The notes beneath the pieces are model-generated. The model saw nothing but the letters and a program-made list of their open reading frames with translations, searched no databases and was not told the DNA's origin. A DNA stretch of 64,000 nucleotides from Octopus vulgaris (taxonomy: Eukaryota). Made by a program: the position numbers and the translations under genes. This document shows, one piece after another, positions 13,682 to 27,794 of this stretch (position 1 is its first letter; every line of letters starts with the position of its first letter). The DNA lies in contig OX597823.1 of the NCBI GenBank assembly GCA_951406725.2, positions 41,664,001-41,728,000 of the forward strand. Reading direction: 5' to 3'.

Positions 13682-13726
13682 AATAAAATGATATCTGAAT
13701 ATAATGTTTGTGTTTATGTGTGTTTT
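13682..13726 (+). terminator. Candidate cleavage/polyadenylation signal
   Basis: AATAAA at 13682-13687 followed about 17 nt later by a GT-rich tract tgtttgtgtttatgtgtgtttt. AATAAA alone is common in this AT-rich DNA. Confidence 0.3.
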
Positions 13727-13790
13727 AAGCCTGTGAATTCACGTCTGTATTTGTGTATGCGTATAAATATCAGTTCAGATTTTGTGTGTG

Positions 13791-13831
<41 letters not shown>

Positions 13832-13924
13832 CTATATATATTTATATAAATATAGATAGATAGACAGATATATCATCCAACCCATGCAAGTATGGAATAT
13901 GATCGTTAAATGATGACAACAACA

Positions 13925-14735
13925 AAAAATAGACCTATCACTCCCTTCTTGTATCATACTGCCTTTTTTCTTTGTTCCCTTCCTCACTCTTTTCTTTTGG
14001 ACAACCCAACTACTCATTATCTCCCTTTTAATTCTATTTCTCATCCTTCCTTGGCTACTGAAGCATCATTAGTCTTCTTCTGCTCTCCCCACTCCATCAC
14101 CATTGGTCATACCCCAAACCCTTATTATTATATATGACATCAACCCCTCAACCCTGTCTAGATTTTACAGTTGTCACCTACTCTTCTCCAACCTCCCTTC
14201 TTGTTATACACACAACTCTTGTTCTTCATTCTCTATATTCACATCTTGCCCATCTCCCAGCTATCCCAAGCATTCTAGCAGCTTCCAACCACATACCCAC
14301 CCATTTCTTTTAAGTATCACCCATTTCTATTCACCTCATATCATGAGGATCCATCTGGACACCTCATTATCTTCACCATTCTTATATCTTTCCAGCACCA
14401 TCCAGATCACCACCACATTCTCTTCTATGGTGTGAGTAGCCATGTAGCCCTGCTATAGCAAGAAACTTAGTCGGCTCTTACTTGTCTTTCATGTTTAACC
14501 GATCATCTCCTTCCATAAAGCCACCTGTCTCAGGGTTCATAATCTTGAAAACTGTAAGAGACATCACTAGTGCTGGTGCCATAAAATAAAGCAGCTTGTA
14601 CATGGTGGGAAATGATTGGCATTAGGAGGCCATTCAACCATAGAAACCACATAGACAGCATGATATAGTCCTATGTCCTGTCAAATTGCGTCAAACTATC
14701 CAGTTCATACCAGCTGGAATATGGACATTAAATTA
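13925..14735 (+). mobile_element. Degenerate RTE-related non-autonomous element
   Basis: Ends with the RTE-type tail (ggcattaggagg..cattcaaccatagaaacc...ggaatatggacattaaat). The pyrimidine-rich body is not translatable. Confidence 0.45.
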
Positions 14736-14743
14736 TGTTAATG

Positions 14744-14823
<80 letters not shown>

Positions 14824-14861
14824 CACGGGCACACAAGTGTATGTATATATTTATTGTTTAT

Positions 14862-15287
14862 TTTTTACTCATTTCGGTCATAGACTGTGGTCATGTTGGG
14901 GCACCATCTTGAATCTTTAGTTGAATTAATCAACCCTGTTACTTATTTTTTAGGCCTGGTACTTATTCTATCAGTCTCTTTGCCAAAACACTAAGTTACG
15001 GGGACGTATACACATAACACCAGTTGTCAAGCAGTGAGGTAGGGACAAACATAGAAACAAAGGCACAAACACACACACACACACTCCTATATGTATGTGT
15101 GTGTGTGTATACGATGGGCTTCTCTCAGTTTCCCTCATCTAAATCCACCCACAAGGCTTTGGCCAACCCAAAGCTATAGTAGAAGGTACTCAGGATGCCA
15201 TGCATTTTCAAGCAATGCCATGCAGTAGGACTGAACCTGAAACTATGTGATTGGGAAACAATCTTCTTACACACAGCCGCTCCTGCA

Positions 15288-15290
<3 letters not shown>
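14862..15290 (-). mobile_element. tRNA-derived CORE-SINE family B (OR2-like)
   Basis: Collinear with the young copy at 48351-48773: tail ttttact..tttcggtcatagactgtggtcatg, internal (CA)n, head acacagccgctcctgcacct. Confidence 0.85.
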
Positions 15291-15327
<37 letters not shown>

Positions 15328-15524
15328 TTTCAGTTACTGTCTACCAAGGTTTTGATAAACTTCGAGCTGTAGTAAAAGACATGTGCCACACATAGCATGT
15401 AGTGGAACTGAACCTGAAATCACATAGTTGGGAAGCATGTCTGAATGCATGAATGCATCTGTATGTATGAATGTGTTTGGATGTGCATATTTATATGTGC
15501 AGATGTGCAGATGCATATACATTC

Positions 15525-15564
<40 letters not shown>

Positions 15565-16197
15565 AAATACATGCATACACACATACACACATATCATGAC
15601 AGGCACAATAAGCATATATATATGCCCATATAACGTACATCATATCTCATCTAGGCATGTACATCATGTACAAAGAGACATGGTACAATTAAGTTTTTGT
15701 CATCTTTTCAACAAAACATTATCCAGTTTTTCCTTTCATATTTCATTGAATTTTATCAGAGAAATTTGATGTAATTTAATAATGTTACATAATAATGTTA
15801 CATAATAATTATCCCTGGGAAATCACATACTCATTGTTTTTCTCAACTATAACAAAAATTACATGCACATTGCTGTAATCACCATCACCACTCTCTTTGA
15901 ATGAATTCATCTCTGTAATAACCATTATTCATATATCTGCCATCACTATAAGAAGCACATATCAATATTAATACACCCACAATCCATGAAACAGCACTCA
16001 GAAAAATCACTGCTCAAACAACTGACACAAGCTATAAAACATGGTATAAGTTATCGCAGCAGTTGCTGAGGACAGTTTTACATTTATTGCATAACAGTGG
16101 TATGAGAATGTTAGTGGGTATGTGAACAGAGTTTTGTGACTGAAAGTTGGCTATACTTCCTGAAAAAGAAAATATGTAAATTTCTACAGACCGTAGA

Positions 16198-16263
<66 letters not shown>

Positions 16264-16506
16264 TCATAAGCATAAACATAAATATATAAAATATATATAG
16301 CATTTTCATAGCATTTTTTCTAATGGCCAGATAACTGAAGATATGGCATTGTGGATTTCCACCTCAGCATCCGAAACTCCGAATTTTATCATGGCTACCG
16401 AATAATTGCTATATATTACATTTACAGATATATATATATATTTATAAAATAAGAATGACAATAATAATATAATAATAATAATAATGTTAAGGATTATTAA
16501 TTCCTT

Positions 16507-16547
<41 letters not shown>

Positions 16548-17342
16548 CAAAATAGTTTGGTTCATATTCGTTGATATTCACAGAGTTTCAAGTGTGATGC
16601 TAATCTCCAGCCATTTCGAATTTGAATGAAGGAAGTTGATTGTTATTACTGTAAGATGGGCTGTGATTGGTTGGAGATCATGTGGTGTCATGGGTTGATG
16701 TTGGTATAACCATATATCAGTGATGACAGATCATTGGAAAAACACTGCATGGTGAACAGGAAATCGGTTAGGTTGTTGGAGGGGAGGTAGGAAGGGGTGG
16801 CATGCACAAATAGACAGTTGCATATGTGGGTGTGTGGACACACTCATCTGGTTTTGCATGCATATTGGTATTGATGCGAGCATCCGCATCTGTACATGGG
16901 CATGCACGTACATGGCCACACACTTAAACACACACAAGCACATTTACATATAAATGGACATACGTGCATGTACATACACATGCATGTGCTCATACACATA
17001 TACATATACATGTGTCTGCATGTATGTGTGTGCACGTGTCATGTCTGTTCATATGTATACAGATATATGGGGCAAGTAAGTCTGTTCAGAGTTGCCTCTT
17101 TTCAGTATTTCCCATTGATAATGGCTTAAGAGGTAGGAAAATGTCAACGTTGTAAATATTTTACCCTATAAAAAATATGTACACTGTGCATTTTCCTTCT
17201 TTTTATTTTATTTCCCTCTACAACCCACTACATAGGGGAAAAAATTTCTCCATCAAAGCTTTTCACTAGATATATATATATATATACATGATGGCTGCAA
17301 ACTTGTGTTTGAGTATTGCTATTGCCTGATTGAATGTCCCAC

Positions 17343-17406
17343 ATATGCGGAGGCTACGACCAGCCATTTTGTGAATATGCGGAGGCTACGACCAGCCATT
17401 TTGTGA
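17343..17406. repeat. Perfect 32-bp tandem duplication
   Basis: atatgcggaggctacgaccagccattttgtga occurs twice in tandem. Confidence 0.95.
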
Positions 17407-17602
17407 TAAGTTTAACTTTTTTTCAAGCAATGCCTGGGCATAATGATTTTTTATAGTGAGGAAAGGATTTACACAAATCCAATCTCACTCTCTGAACATG
17501 AGCAACATAAACTTGAAAAGAAGAATTAATCTACTTGATCGAATATTGTCAGTGATGCAAGTTTTCTCTCAGAGTTTCCCTCTTCTACAGAATTGGTCCC
17601 TA

Positions 17603-17899
17603 GAGTCATCCTTTACCTAATTTCTAACCACTGGCCAAGTACATGTGTGGAGACAGCCAAAAGGAGCATTTGACCCTGACTGCCTTCTTCTAACAGTTAA
17701 ATATGGAGGTGGATAGGAGGCTATATCTTGGAAATGTGCCAGCCCAATGGTTTCCCTACATGGCAGAATTAATAGTCAAGACTATTGAAGCATTTTATCT
17801 GATCAAATTCATCCTATGGTTGCAGAACTGTTTCCGGAGGGAATTGCAATCTTTCAGGATGATAATGCACCTATTCACACAGCTAAAGTTGTTACTGAA
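17603..17899 (+). mobile_element. Tc1-family DDE transposase fragment (pseudogene)
   Basis: Translates to [34 protein letters not shown]...AISWK...[47 protein letters not shown], containing the Tc1 TVKxGGG and FQxDNAPxH motifs. Truncated at a (TA/CA)n tract. Confidence 0.9.
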
Positions 17900-17946
17900 T
17901 ATATATACACATATATATATGCATACATATATATACATATATACAT

Positions 17947-17981
<35 letters not shown>

Positions 17982-19337
17982 CACACACACATACACATAT
18001 ACATATATATATATATATATACATACACATATACATATATATATATATACATACATATAAACAAACATATATATATATATACATATATACATACATATAA
18101 GTACATATGCACATTATATATATATATATATATATATACTTATATATATACTCACACATTTATACATATATTTATATATATACATATGCATGTATATACA
18201 TATACACACACACACACACGCATGTATATATATGAGTAAAAGTACAGGACATCACCAACAAGTGAAAAATACATAATCACACAGAGATAAGTACAGGACA
18301 AAATATCGAAAAGAGTTCTCCTCAGTTGTTAACTGTTTTACTACTATCTATTTCGTGCCTTTAAAGACATGATAGGAAAACTTCATAAAACAGGAGCATC
18401 CAGAAATTTTAAAAATATAAAATTTGTGGAGTGTTAAGGCTTGAAACGAACAAACAGCAAAAGATTGGATGTACAAAGTAAACAATCAATGAAGACAAGA
18501 ATTAGGGGTCGTTAAACGAAGACGAATTTTAATGGGTAACACCTGGGAGAGACTTGTTGAGGAAATAGAGTAAATAGAAGAGAAGAAAATAGTAGAAAAG
18601 AAAAAAATGTTAGGAGGCGAGAAAAATGATGTCCTGCATGATGGATGTCTTATCCAGAAAAGACAGGGGCGAGAGAAATAGGCTGTAGCCACGTGTGAGC
18701 AACAGGTTGATGGGAAGGAGTACAAAAGAAGATGATAACTTAATATATTGCATGCCTTTGCTCCCCTAAGGAGATCCTCAGTTCTTTAAGCCTCTCCTGA
18801 TATTCCAATATTCTCAAGATATATATGTGTGTGTGTGTGTGCGTGTGTACTTAGACACACACAGAGAATCAGATATACATAAACATAATTCTATATATAC
18901 ATATATGTATGCATATGTGTGTCTGTGTGTGTATATATAAATATATATAAAATATATATTTTCTATATAAATTTTATTTTCGTCAGTGGCAAAATCTAAA
19001 AGAAGCAAAAAAAAAAAAAGAGAGACAAAATGCACAACTGAGATGGTGATAGAAAACAACAAAGCTAGGAGAGAGAATTAAAAGTTTACTACCAGCTGCT
19101 ACACAGTAAAAGATGAATGAATGTACAGCAATAATAGAGAATATTTATAATTAAAATATATCTTACAATGTGTGAACAGTCGTCACATGACGCAAACTGT
19201 TTAGAGGCAACAACAGCATTATACTGAATCAATGGCTACATAGAATATGTGTATATATATATATATGTGCGTGTGTTTGCATGTATGCATTATGTGTGTA
19301 TGAGTATATATGTGTCTAAATATATACACATACATAA

Positions 19338-19378
<41 letters not shown>

Positions 19379-19508
19379 CACACATATATATACACATATA
19401 TATATATACATACATATATATATATACACATATATAGACGTTTGTGTGTATGTGTATGCATAAATATGTGTGTGTGTATATATATATATATATATGTAGA
19501 TATAAATA

Positions 19509-19588
<80 letters not shown>

Positions 19589-20294
19589 CATATATAGGTG
19601 TTTGTGTGTATGTGTGTGCATAAATATATATATATATATATACATATTTACTTTTTACCTATATCCATTCATAATATACATACTAAGGTGGCGAGTGACT
19701 ATACTCACTTATTCTTAGTTTCCTCAACTGTCAAATTCTCTTCATACCAACAGAATCACAATAAGATGTTTTATAAAGCATTATTCGACTAAAGTAGCTC
19801 TGCATGACAGAGAGGTTAAACGGAACCTGTGAACAAACAACAGATACACCAGAAACTATGTGTTTGAAACAAACATACCTGTGTCATCATACCACCTACT
19901 TCGGGGTACAGCCTTCAAGAGTTATTCCACAGCAAGATTATATGTTTTCAATTAGATAAATATACTTCAGTATTATTGAATTTGTTAGTTTTCTTGGTGT
20001 GGTGCGAGTTTCTGTTTTTTTTTGTACTTTGCTAGCAGCCATATATCTGTGCTAGCAGATTATTCTTTCTTGATATTGAATAAGATATAAACAGTCAGGG
20101 TGAGAAAAATATATTAGGTTCCATTAATGCTTAACTAAATTAGACTCTGTAAGCTTGAAATTTTTATCTTTTGCTTGTTAACCTTGAATGCATTCTTGAG
20201 AAGTCATGTCTTGTTAATAATATTTTAAAAGGCGCCTATAATCATATATTTCTGGAAAAGATATATATACATACACATATACATATATGTGTTA

Positions 20295-20332
<38 letters not shown>

Positions 20333-20770
20333 CTTTTACTAGTTTCAGTCATTAGATTGCAGCCATGCTGGGGCATTGCCTTGAGGAATTTTAGTTGAGC
20401 GAATTGATTCCAATACTTATTTTATTTTTAAGCCTATTGGTCTATTATATTGGTCTCTTTTGCTGAACCCCTAAGTTATGGGGATGTAAGCACACCAACA
20501 CTGGTGAAGCAGTAGTATGGAACAGACACACCCACAGACATGCATGCACACACACACACACACACACACAGACACATGCACACATACACAAACACACACA
20601 CATACACAACAGGCTTCTTTCAGTTTCTGTCTCTCAAATCCACTTGCAAAGCTTTGGTTGCCTCGAGGCCATAGTAGAAGACACTTGCCCAAGGTGCCAC
20701 ACAGCGGGGGTAAACCCTGAACCATGTGGTTGGGAAACAATCTTCTTACCACTCAGCCACACCTACATCT
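20333..20770 (-). mobile_element. CORE-SINE family B (OR2-like)
   Basis: Contains agaagacacttgcccaaggtgccac (CORE-like) and the head accactcagccacacct. Full-length alignment to 48351-48773. Confidence 0.88.
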
Positions 20771-20889
20771 ATATGTTTGTGTGTGTGTGTAGATTACTGT
20801 TTGTTTGATGTCACATTATGCATAAAAACAACATTACAATGAAGATTTACTCAATACATTTTAGTTAAATACATAATAAGTTTTAGTTA

Positions 20890-21002
20890 GAAGGAAAAGA
20901 GTGATAGTGACTTCGAAGTTTCAGCTTATCTCCATTTATCAGACTATCTGATGAATCTGAGGAAGTCAAAATTTCGAAGTCACTGTCAGTGTTCTCCTTC
21001 CA
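20890..21002. mobile_element. Inverted pair of PLE-like ends, each with a degenerate hammerhead motif
   Basis: Minus: gatagt CTGATAA ... GAAAC TTCGAA GTC actatc. Plus: CTGATGA ... caaaatttcgaaGTC actgtc. Same family as 52572-52690. Confidence 0.6.
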
Positions 21003-21394
21003 AAAGTTTTAAAAAATATATATTCTTTCATTCTTTTACTTGTTTCAGTCATTGGACTGTGTCCATGCTGGAGCACTTACCTAAAAAGATTTAATTAAAA
21101 ATCATTATAATCAAAATAATTAAAATTCATTATAGTTAAAGCAGTTTCTTTCAGTGTCATCTGTAGTGTACCCTGAAGTCCCAAGCCTGCCTTTTTTTTA
21201 AATACCAGATCAGGACATAAGATCATGACAAGCAGTTCACAAGTGTGACCCCCATAAGCCAGAGTGGCTGTTCCAGCTCATCTCTTTTGCCATCCTCTGA
21301 GGCATTGCCTTTTCCATTCTGCCCACTAGGAACATGGGGCAGTCTGAATTACAGGAGATTGTACATTCCACTCTTTAATGTAATGATATTCCTT

Positions 21395-21463
<69 letters not shown>

Positions 21464-21480
21464 CTAGTTGAGGTATAAAA

Positions 21481-21917
21481 TTACTGTTAATAAGATGTCT
21501 GTTTATAGCCATGAAACATTTTTCATCAAATTTCAACATTTTTCAAAAATTTAAAATCCATATTAATGGGTAGGACCAATTTGATGAAAAAATGAGCAGA
21601 GTCTGGTTGGGAATGTGTGTTACCATCATTTTTGTGAATGTGCATAAAATGATAAAATTTTACACTTTGGGGCAGATTTTGCCAAATTGATGTCATGATG
21701 ACTAGTATGCAAAATGCCTAAATTTTGCTTGAGAAATAAAATGGTCTTACCTAATGAAAACCTGAAATGCTGGGGAATTAAAACAATGAATTGAAATTAG
21801 TTTTAGCAACTCAGAAGAATTCGCATTGAAATGCAGAATTAGCAAATGCTCAATAGATTACCATTAATAAGCTGTCTGTTTATACCCATGAAACATTTTT
21901 TGCCAAATTTCTGCATA
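21481..21917. repeat. Element with ~58-bp direct repeats about 377 bp apart
   Basis: ttaataagatgtctgtttatagccatgaaacatttttcatcaaatttc (from about 21487) versus ttaataagctgtctgtttatacccatgaaacattttttgccaaatttc (from about 21864). Confidence 0.7.
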
Positions 21918-22092
21918 TATATATATATATATATATGCATGTGTGTATGTATTTAAGTATACACATATGCAAGCATGCATAGATGTATGTTTACTTGTGT
22001 GTAAGTACTTATGTATACACACATGTAAGCATGCCTCAGTGTATGCATGGAAGTGTGTGTGTGTGTGTGCATATATATGTGTATATATATAT

Positions 22093-22152
<60 letters not shown>

Positions 22153-23874
22153 ATGAAGAAAGGAAGGAAGTATTTTAAGTCCATATGTCATTATGCAATG
22201 GATTTCTGACATTTCAGACAAAGCCTTTAGTGGAAGAGAAAACAAGTTTTTCTTTGCCTTTATTCTAAGAATCTGTAGAGATGGGAAAGAATTAATTTCA
22301 GGAAAAAATAAAGAATTAGTTTCTGCAAATGTGTGGTGGGTGATTGTTGTAAGAGAAAAAAAAAATGAAGAGAATTTTGGAGAGAGTGAGGTTGGAGGTT
22401 GGGATTAACGAAGAATGAAAAGGAAAAGAGTGTATGATTATTGATCTGTTGAAGGTTGGAATGTTTTCCTATTTTGTGGGAGCTGATTATAATTTGTAAA
22501 CAACTTGCAAAAAAATAACAGTAGGCGTATTCATGTCTGTACAGACATGTCGGATACAAATTGTGGAAATTAGTCTGAATTCTTTCCATATAAATATGTG
22601 TGCGTGTTTCCTATCCAAAAGGCTTTTCAACTTTATATTTACATAATTTATAGCATTTATGTACTTTGAGATCCAGTTCTAAAAATTATTAATTTCATGT
22701 TCTCTCAAATGTTTATAAGTTTTTGTGATTCCAACAATCTAAGCGCACACACAACACACACATGCACACACACGCACACACATGTATGTATATATGTACA
22801 ATTTATCAGTTTGTTGTCCGTAAATCATAAAAAAGAAATACACTCATTATCAGTAATACAGTAGTTGTATTTTTACATTTCATTGAATATACTCCTGGTT
22901 ATATAACTTGTTAGAATGTTACCATTGCTTTCATGCTGACTATTGCATTTAGGCATTTGTTCATCTCAAGTTTTTGCCTTTCTATATACATTTTACATTT
23001 ATTATTCCATTTTTTTTTTGGCAATATTATTTCTATTGATGTCAACTTGAAATAGTAGAATTGCTAACATTTTGGAAAAATTATTTGCAGTACGTCTAGC
23101 TTTTTTAAGCGAGAAGAAATGTGAACTTGTAGGACTAAATGCCATATGATATTTCTTCTTATATACAGAGTTCAAATTTGACCAGGGTCAAATTTGTCTT
23201 TTGTCCCTCTGGGGTTGATAAAATTAAGTACCAATCAAGTAGTAGTGTTGATGGTACCAATTAATCCTTTCCCCTCAAAACTGCTGGCCTTGTGCCAAAA
23301 TTTGAAACTATTATTTTTGAGTGAGATAGCAGCACATGCAATCAAAATGACACTGGTGTACATATGTACAAAGCCCATACACCCATCATGATTACACGTT
23401 TGACTACACTAGGCACATTCATCACAATTATATGCACATGACATGGTGATCTCTTATCAAGATAAACGGTGCATGACATTGCAGGTGGGGCCCAGTAGCC
23501 CATCCTGTTCAATAGGTTCCTGAATAAGGGTCGTTTAAGGATGTTGAATGAACCATCCATCTTTCCAGAGGCAAATTATTCAGATCCCAAAGAATTCCTC
23601 TCAACATGACTATGATTCTCCCCAACTACTTCTGCTCATGATCAGAGATGCACATATTGTCAGCCACGAAGGAACACGCTCAACTGATTATAGTCAAACA
23701 ACTAACCAGCAAATCTGTGGTATTGAGCAGAATATCTACTGTAACCCATCTTTTACACCAAGACAAAACTTGTACATGATAACACTTCCAACCAGTTAAG
23801 ATCAGGAGCCATGAGAGCCACTGCCTGGTACTGCATCAGGGCATTTCTTCTTATAATAATTATTATTTCTATTG

Positions 23875-24330
23875 AAGGTGGCAAGCTGGCAGAATCATTA
23901 GCATACTGGACGAAATGCTTAGTGGTATTTCACCCATTCCTATATTGTGAGTTCAAATTCTGCCAAGGTTGACTTTGCCTTTCATCATTTTGGGATTGGT
24001 AAATTAAGTACCAGTGAAGCACTGGGGTTGATGTAATTGATTAGTCCCCTCCCACAAAAATTCAGGCTTTGTGCCTATAACAAAAAGGGTTATTGTTGTT
24101 GTTGTTATAAACTACCTGTGATCTGGCAGATTTGTTAGGACATTGGACAAAATGCTTAGTGAAATTCTTTCCAGCTCTCTAGAATCAGATTTGAAATCCT
24201 GATAAAAGGTCAACTTTGACTTTCAACATTTCAAGGTCAATAACATACCATTAGAGAACTGGGGGTGGGAGTGGGTGGGCATATAATTGACTCCCCCCCC
24301 CCGAATATCAGGCTTTGTACCTGTAGTAGA
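23875..24330 (+). mobile_element. Two tandem SINE family A copies
   Basis: Head aaggtggcaagctggcagaatcattagc, B-box-like gagttcaaattc, and central gactttgcctttcatc...aaattaagtaccag. Confidence 0.85.
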
Positions 24331-25084
24331 CAGAAATATTTCTTTTTTTTTTTCTTCCTTATCATCAACAACCTCCTTCACTGTGGCATCATCAACATAG
24401 TTGTCATCAATATCATCAACATTATCATCATCATCATCATCACCAACCACATCATCATCATGATCACATTCGTGCTTATGATGATGATGATGATCATCAT
24501 CATCATCATCATCATCATCAATAAATTCTTTTCTTTCGGGGCAAAATTTTCATTTCACAACCATTTATATCATTATCTATTGTAAAACCACCAAATCTTC
24601 AGTTCTCTTTTATTCTGTAAAAAAATCTATTATCTTTTTATTTCCTTATTTTTTCTTTTCATCTGATGCTGTTAAAATATTTAATATTCTCTATTCTCAT
24701 AACTTCCTCGTACTTTTGTCGTTGGCTTATTTTTTAAATTCTATTTTATATCTTCATTTTATGAAATTTACATTATTTATATTTTATGTTTTCATTTTGT
24801 TCTTTACATTATTTATTTTACATTCTCTTTAGTTCAGTTTTATGTTACTTTTCCTTTGTTAGTTTTGCACTTATAGTCCCACCACCCTCCACTTCTACCT
24901 CCTTCTCCTCATCATCTTCAGCATCATCATCATCATAACCCTAACCCATACTCACCATCATCTTAATCACCATTTTCTTCCTTCTCCTCCTCCTCCTCCA
25001 TCATCATCACTATCCTCATCATCATCATTATCATCAGCAACATCATCATCATAATCTTGTTCTCTTCCTCCTCACCAACATCAT

Positions 25085-25765
25085 CAAGGTGATAAGCTGA
25101 TAAAATCATTAGAGTGTTGGGGAAATAAAGCTTTGTTATTTGCCTCAGCTCATTATGCTCTGACTTCAAGTCTTGTGGAGGTCAGCTTAGCCTCTCGGCT
25201 TTTCAGAGTTAATGAAAACAAAATACCAATCAAGTACTGAATTGATGTTATCAACCAATCGCCTTTCTTCAAAATAATTGTTCTTGTGCATAAAATAGAA
25301 AACAATTCTTCTTCTTCTTCTTCTTCTTCTTCTTCTTCTTCTTCTTCTTCTTCTTCTTCTTCTTCTCCTCCTCCTCCTCCTCTTCATCCTCCTCCTCCTC
25401 CTCCTCTTCTTCCTCCTCCCCCTCCTCCTCATTCTTTTCCTTCTCCTCCTCCTCCATGCACAGTTCAAAATGCAGCTCAAGTCATCTTTGCTGTTCATCT
25501 CTGTGAGGTTGAACACTGGATTCAATGTGTTCAAATAGTCCCCACCCTCACCCTAAAAAAAAAAAATCAAGCCCTGTGCTTATAGTAGAAAGAGTTATTA
25601 TTTCACCTACCACTACATTCTGAGTTCAGATTCTGCCAGTGTTGACTTTGCTTTTCATCTTTTTGGGGGTCAATAATATAAGTACCAGTTGAGTACTGGA
25701 GTTGATGTAATCAACTATCATCCTCCTCCAAATTTCAAGACTTTTGCCTATAGTAGAAAGGATTA
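25085..25765 (+). mobile_element. Degenerate SINE family A copies interrupted by (TTC)n/(TCC)n
   Basis: Head aaggtgataagctgataaaatcattag at about 25085. Central and tail blocks at about 25480-25600 and 25610-25765. Confidence 0.65.
25306..25455. repeat. (TTC)n-(TCC)n polypyrimidine microsatellite
   Basis: About 150 bp of nearly pure pyrimidine triplets on the + strand. Confidence 0.95.
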
Positions 25766-26364
25766 TTACAGCTGTCCTTGTCCCAAAATTTGAAACTATT
25801 GTTATTCTTTTCCTATTGATATTATTATTAGAGCTTAACTATCAACAGCTGTAAAATTAGTAGAGAGTAACAGTAAATTGAGTTTCTGCTAATGTTTATC
25901 TCTTTTCACCTTCATGTGCTTTAAGTGTTAGAAGCAATATCTGATTAAGATTATTTAGCATTAGGTTTCAGTTAGGCATGAATATTACAACATCACCATT
26001 CCCTTTAAATAAAAACATCATTTCCTTTAAATAAAATACAAATAGTTTTATGTCCAAAAGCTAACAAATTGCATAATTGTTCTGATCTTCTTAAAATACG
26101 TACATGGGTGTCCCCATGCCTGCATATGCATGTGTCTACATGTGTGTTTGTGTGTGTGTATATATATATACTTTATAAGTAAAACTGCAAAGACATCACA
26201 AAAAATCTTACTCAGAGTTTCATGTTCCCATTCGTTGGACAGTTTTGTACTCTACCTCTGGTATTTGAGTACTATTTTTCCACCTTGTTTCACATTTATA
26301 TGCTTACGCTGGTATACATATATATATATGTACATACATACCACTACATGTATGTATGTCTGTT

Positions 26365-26403
<39 letters not shown>

Positions 26404-26454
26404 TTATATATATATATATATACATATACATACACATCCACACACACATATATT

Positions 26455-27794
26455 TATGGAAGGTGCAAAGGTACAATAAACACCAACATAGATTCCATCA
26501 CATGCCAGGGGGAAAATTAGAAGTAGCCAATAGTTTCCATTACCAAGGCAACCATTTCAGTAGCAGGAGTGGATGCTCTAAGAGCATAGCTGATAGAATA
26601 GGAATAGGCTGGTTAAAGTCCAGAGAGCTCCTACTTCTGTTTGTAACAAAGGGCCTCTAGCTCAGAGTGAAAGGTAGACTGTATGATGCCTGAATGCAAA
26701 CAGCCATGCTACACAGCAGTGAAACATGGGCTGTGACTGCTGAGGACATGCATAGGCTTGAAAGAAATGAAGCTAGTATGCTCCACTGCATGTGTAATAT
26801 CAGTGTGGATGCATAACAGGGTATAAGTGTCCTGAGAGAAAAGTTGGACATCAGAAGCATCAGATGTGGTGTGTGAGAGAGACAATTGTACTGGTATAGT
26901 CATGTGATGCATATGAGGACAGCTGTGTGAAGAAGTGTTGCACTCTATTGGTGGAGGGAACCTGTGGAAGAGGTAGACCCAAGAAGACATGGGACAAGGT
27001 GGTGAAGCATGATCTCTGAATGTTGGGCCTCACAGTAGCAATGACAAGTGACCAAGACCTTTGACGATATGCCATGCTTGAGAAAACCTATCAAGCCAAG
27101 TCAGATCATAGTCATGGCCAATGCCAGTGTCATTTAACTGGCCCTTTGAAAGCACCCTGAAATCGTGGGGTAATATGCTGTGCTTGTGAAAACCTGTTGA
27201 ACCGAGTGAAATCATAGTCATGGACGATGCCAGTGCTGTTTGACTGGCACCTATACAGCTGGCACGTAAAAAGCACCGTTCATGCATTGGGCCTCATGGA
27301 GGCAATGATACCAATCCCAGTGAGATCATAGTTGTGACTGATGCCATTGTCATGTAACTGGCTTGTTAAAAGCATCCTTCAATTGCTGGGTGATATGCTG
27401 TGATTGTGAATACTTGTTGAACTGAGTGAAATAGTTTTGGTCAGTACCGTCAGACTGGCACCTCTGCTAGTGGCACATAAAATAACCATTCAAGTATTGG
27501 GTCTCATGATGGCAGTGACAGGTGACCAAGACACTTGGTGATATACTATGCCTGTCAAGTGAAGTGATATGGTAGTCATGGGTCATGCCAATGTCAGGTA
27601 ACTGACACCCATGCTGATGGAATGTAAAAAGCACTTACTACACACTTGGAGTGGCTGGAGTTATGAAGGGCATCTGTCCATAGAAACCTTGCTAAATCAG
27701 ATTGGAACCTGGTGTAGCCTCCCAACTTACCAGTTTTCAGTCAAACCACCCACCCTATGCCAGTGTGGAAAGCAGAACTTAAACGATGATGATG

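Noticed and set aside
18965-19020. Strong minus-strand splice acceptor (t-rich gcttcttttag) followed by ILPLTKIKFI*
   Set aside because: The signal is isolated, with no upstream minus-strand exon that I could support.
27040-27640. Repeat-spacer pattern suggestive of a CRISPR array
   Set aside because: The repeats are degenerate, the spacers are themselves repeated, the block lies in an RTE 3' UTR of a eukaryote, and no cas genes are present.
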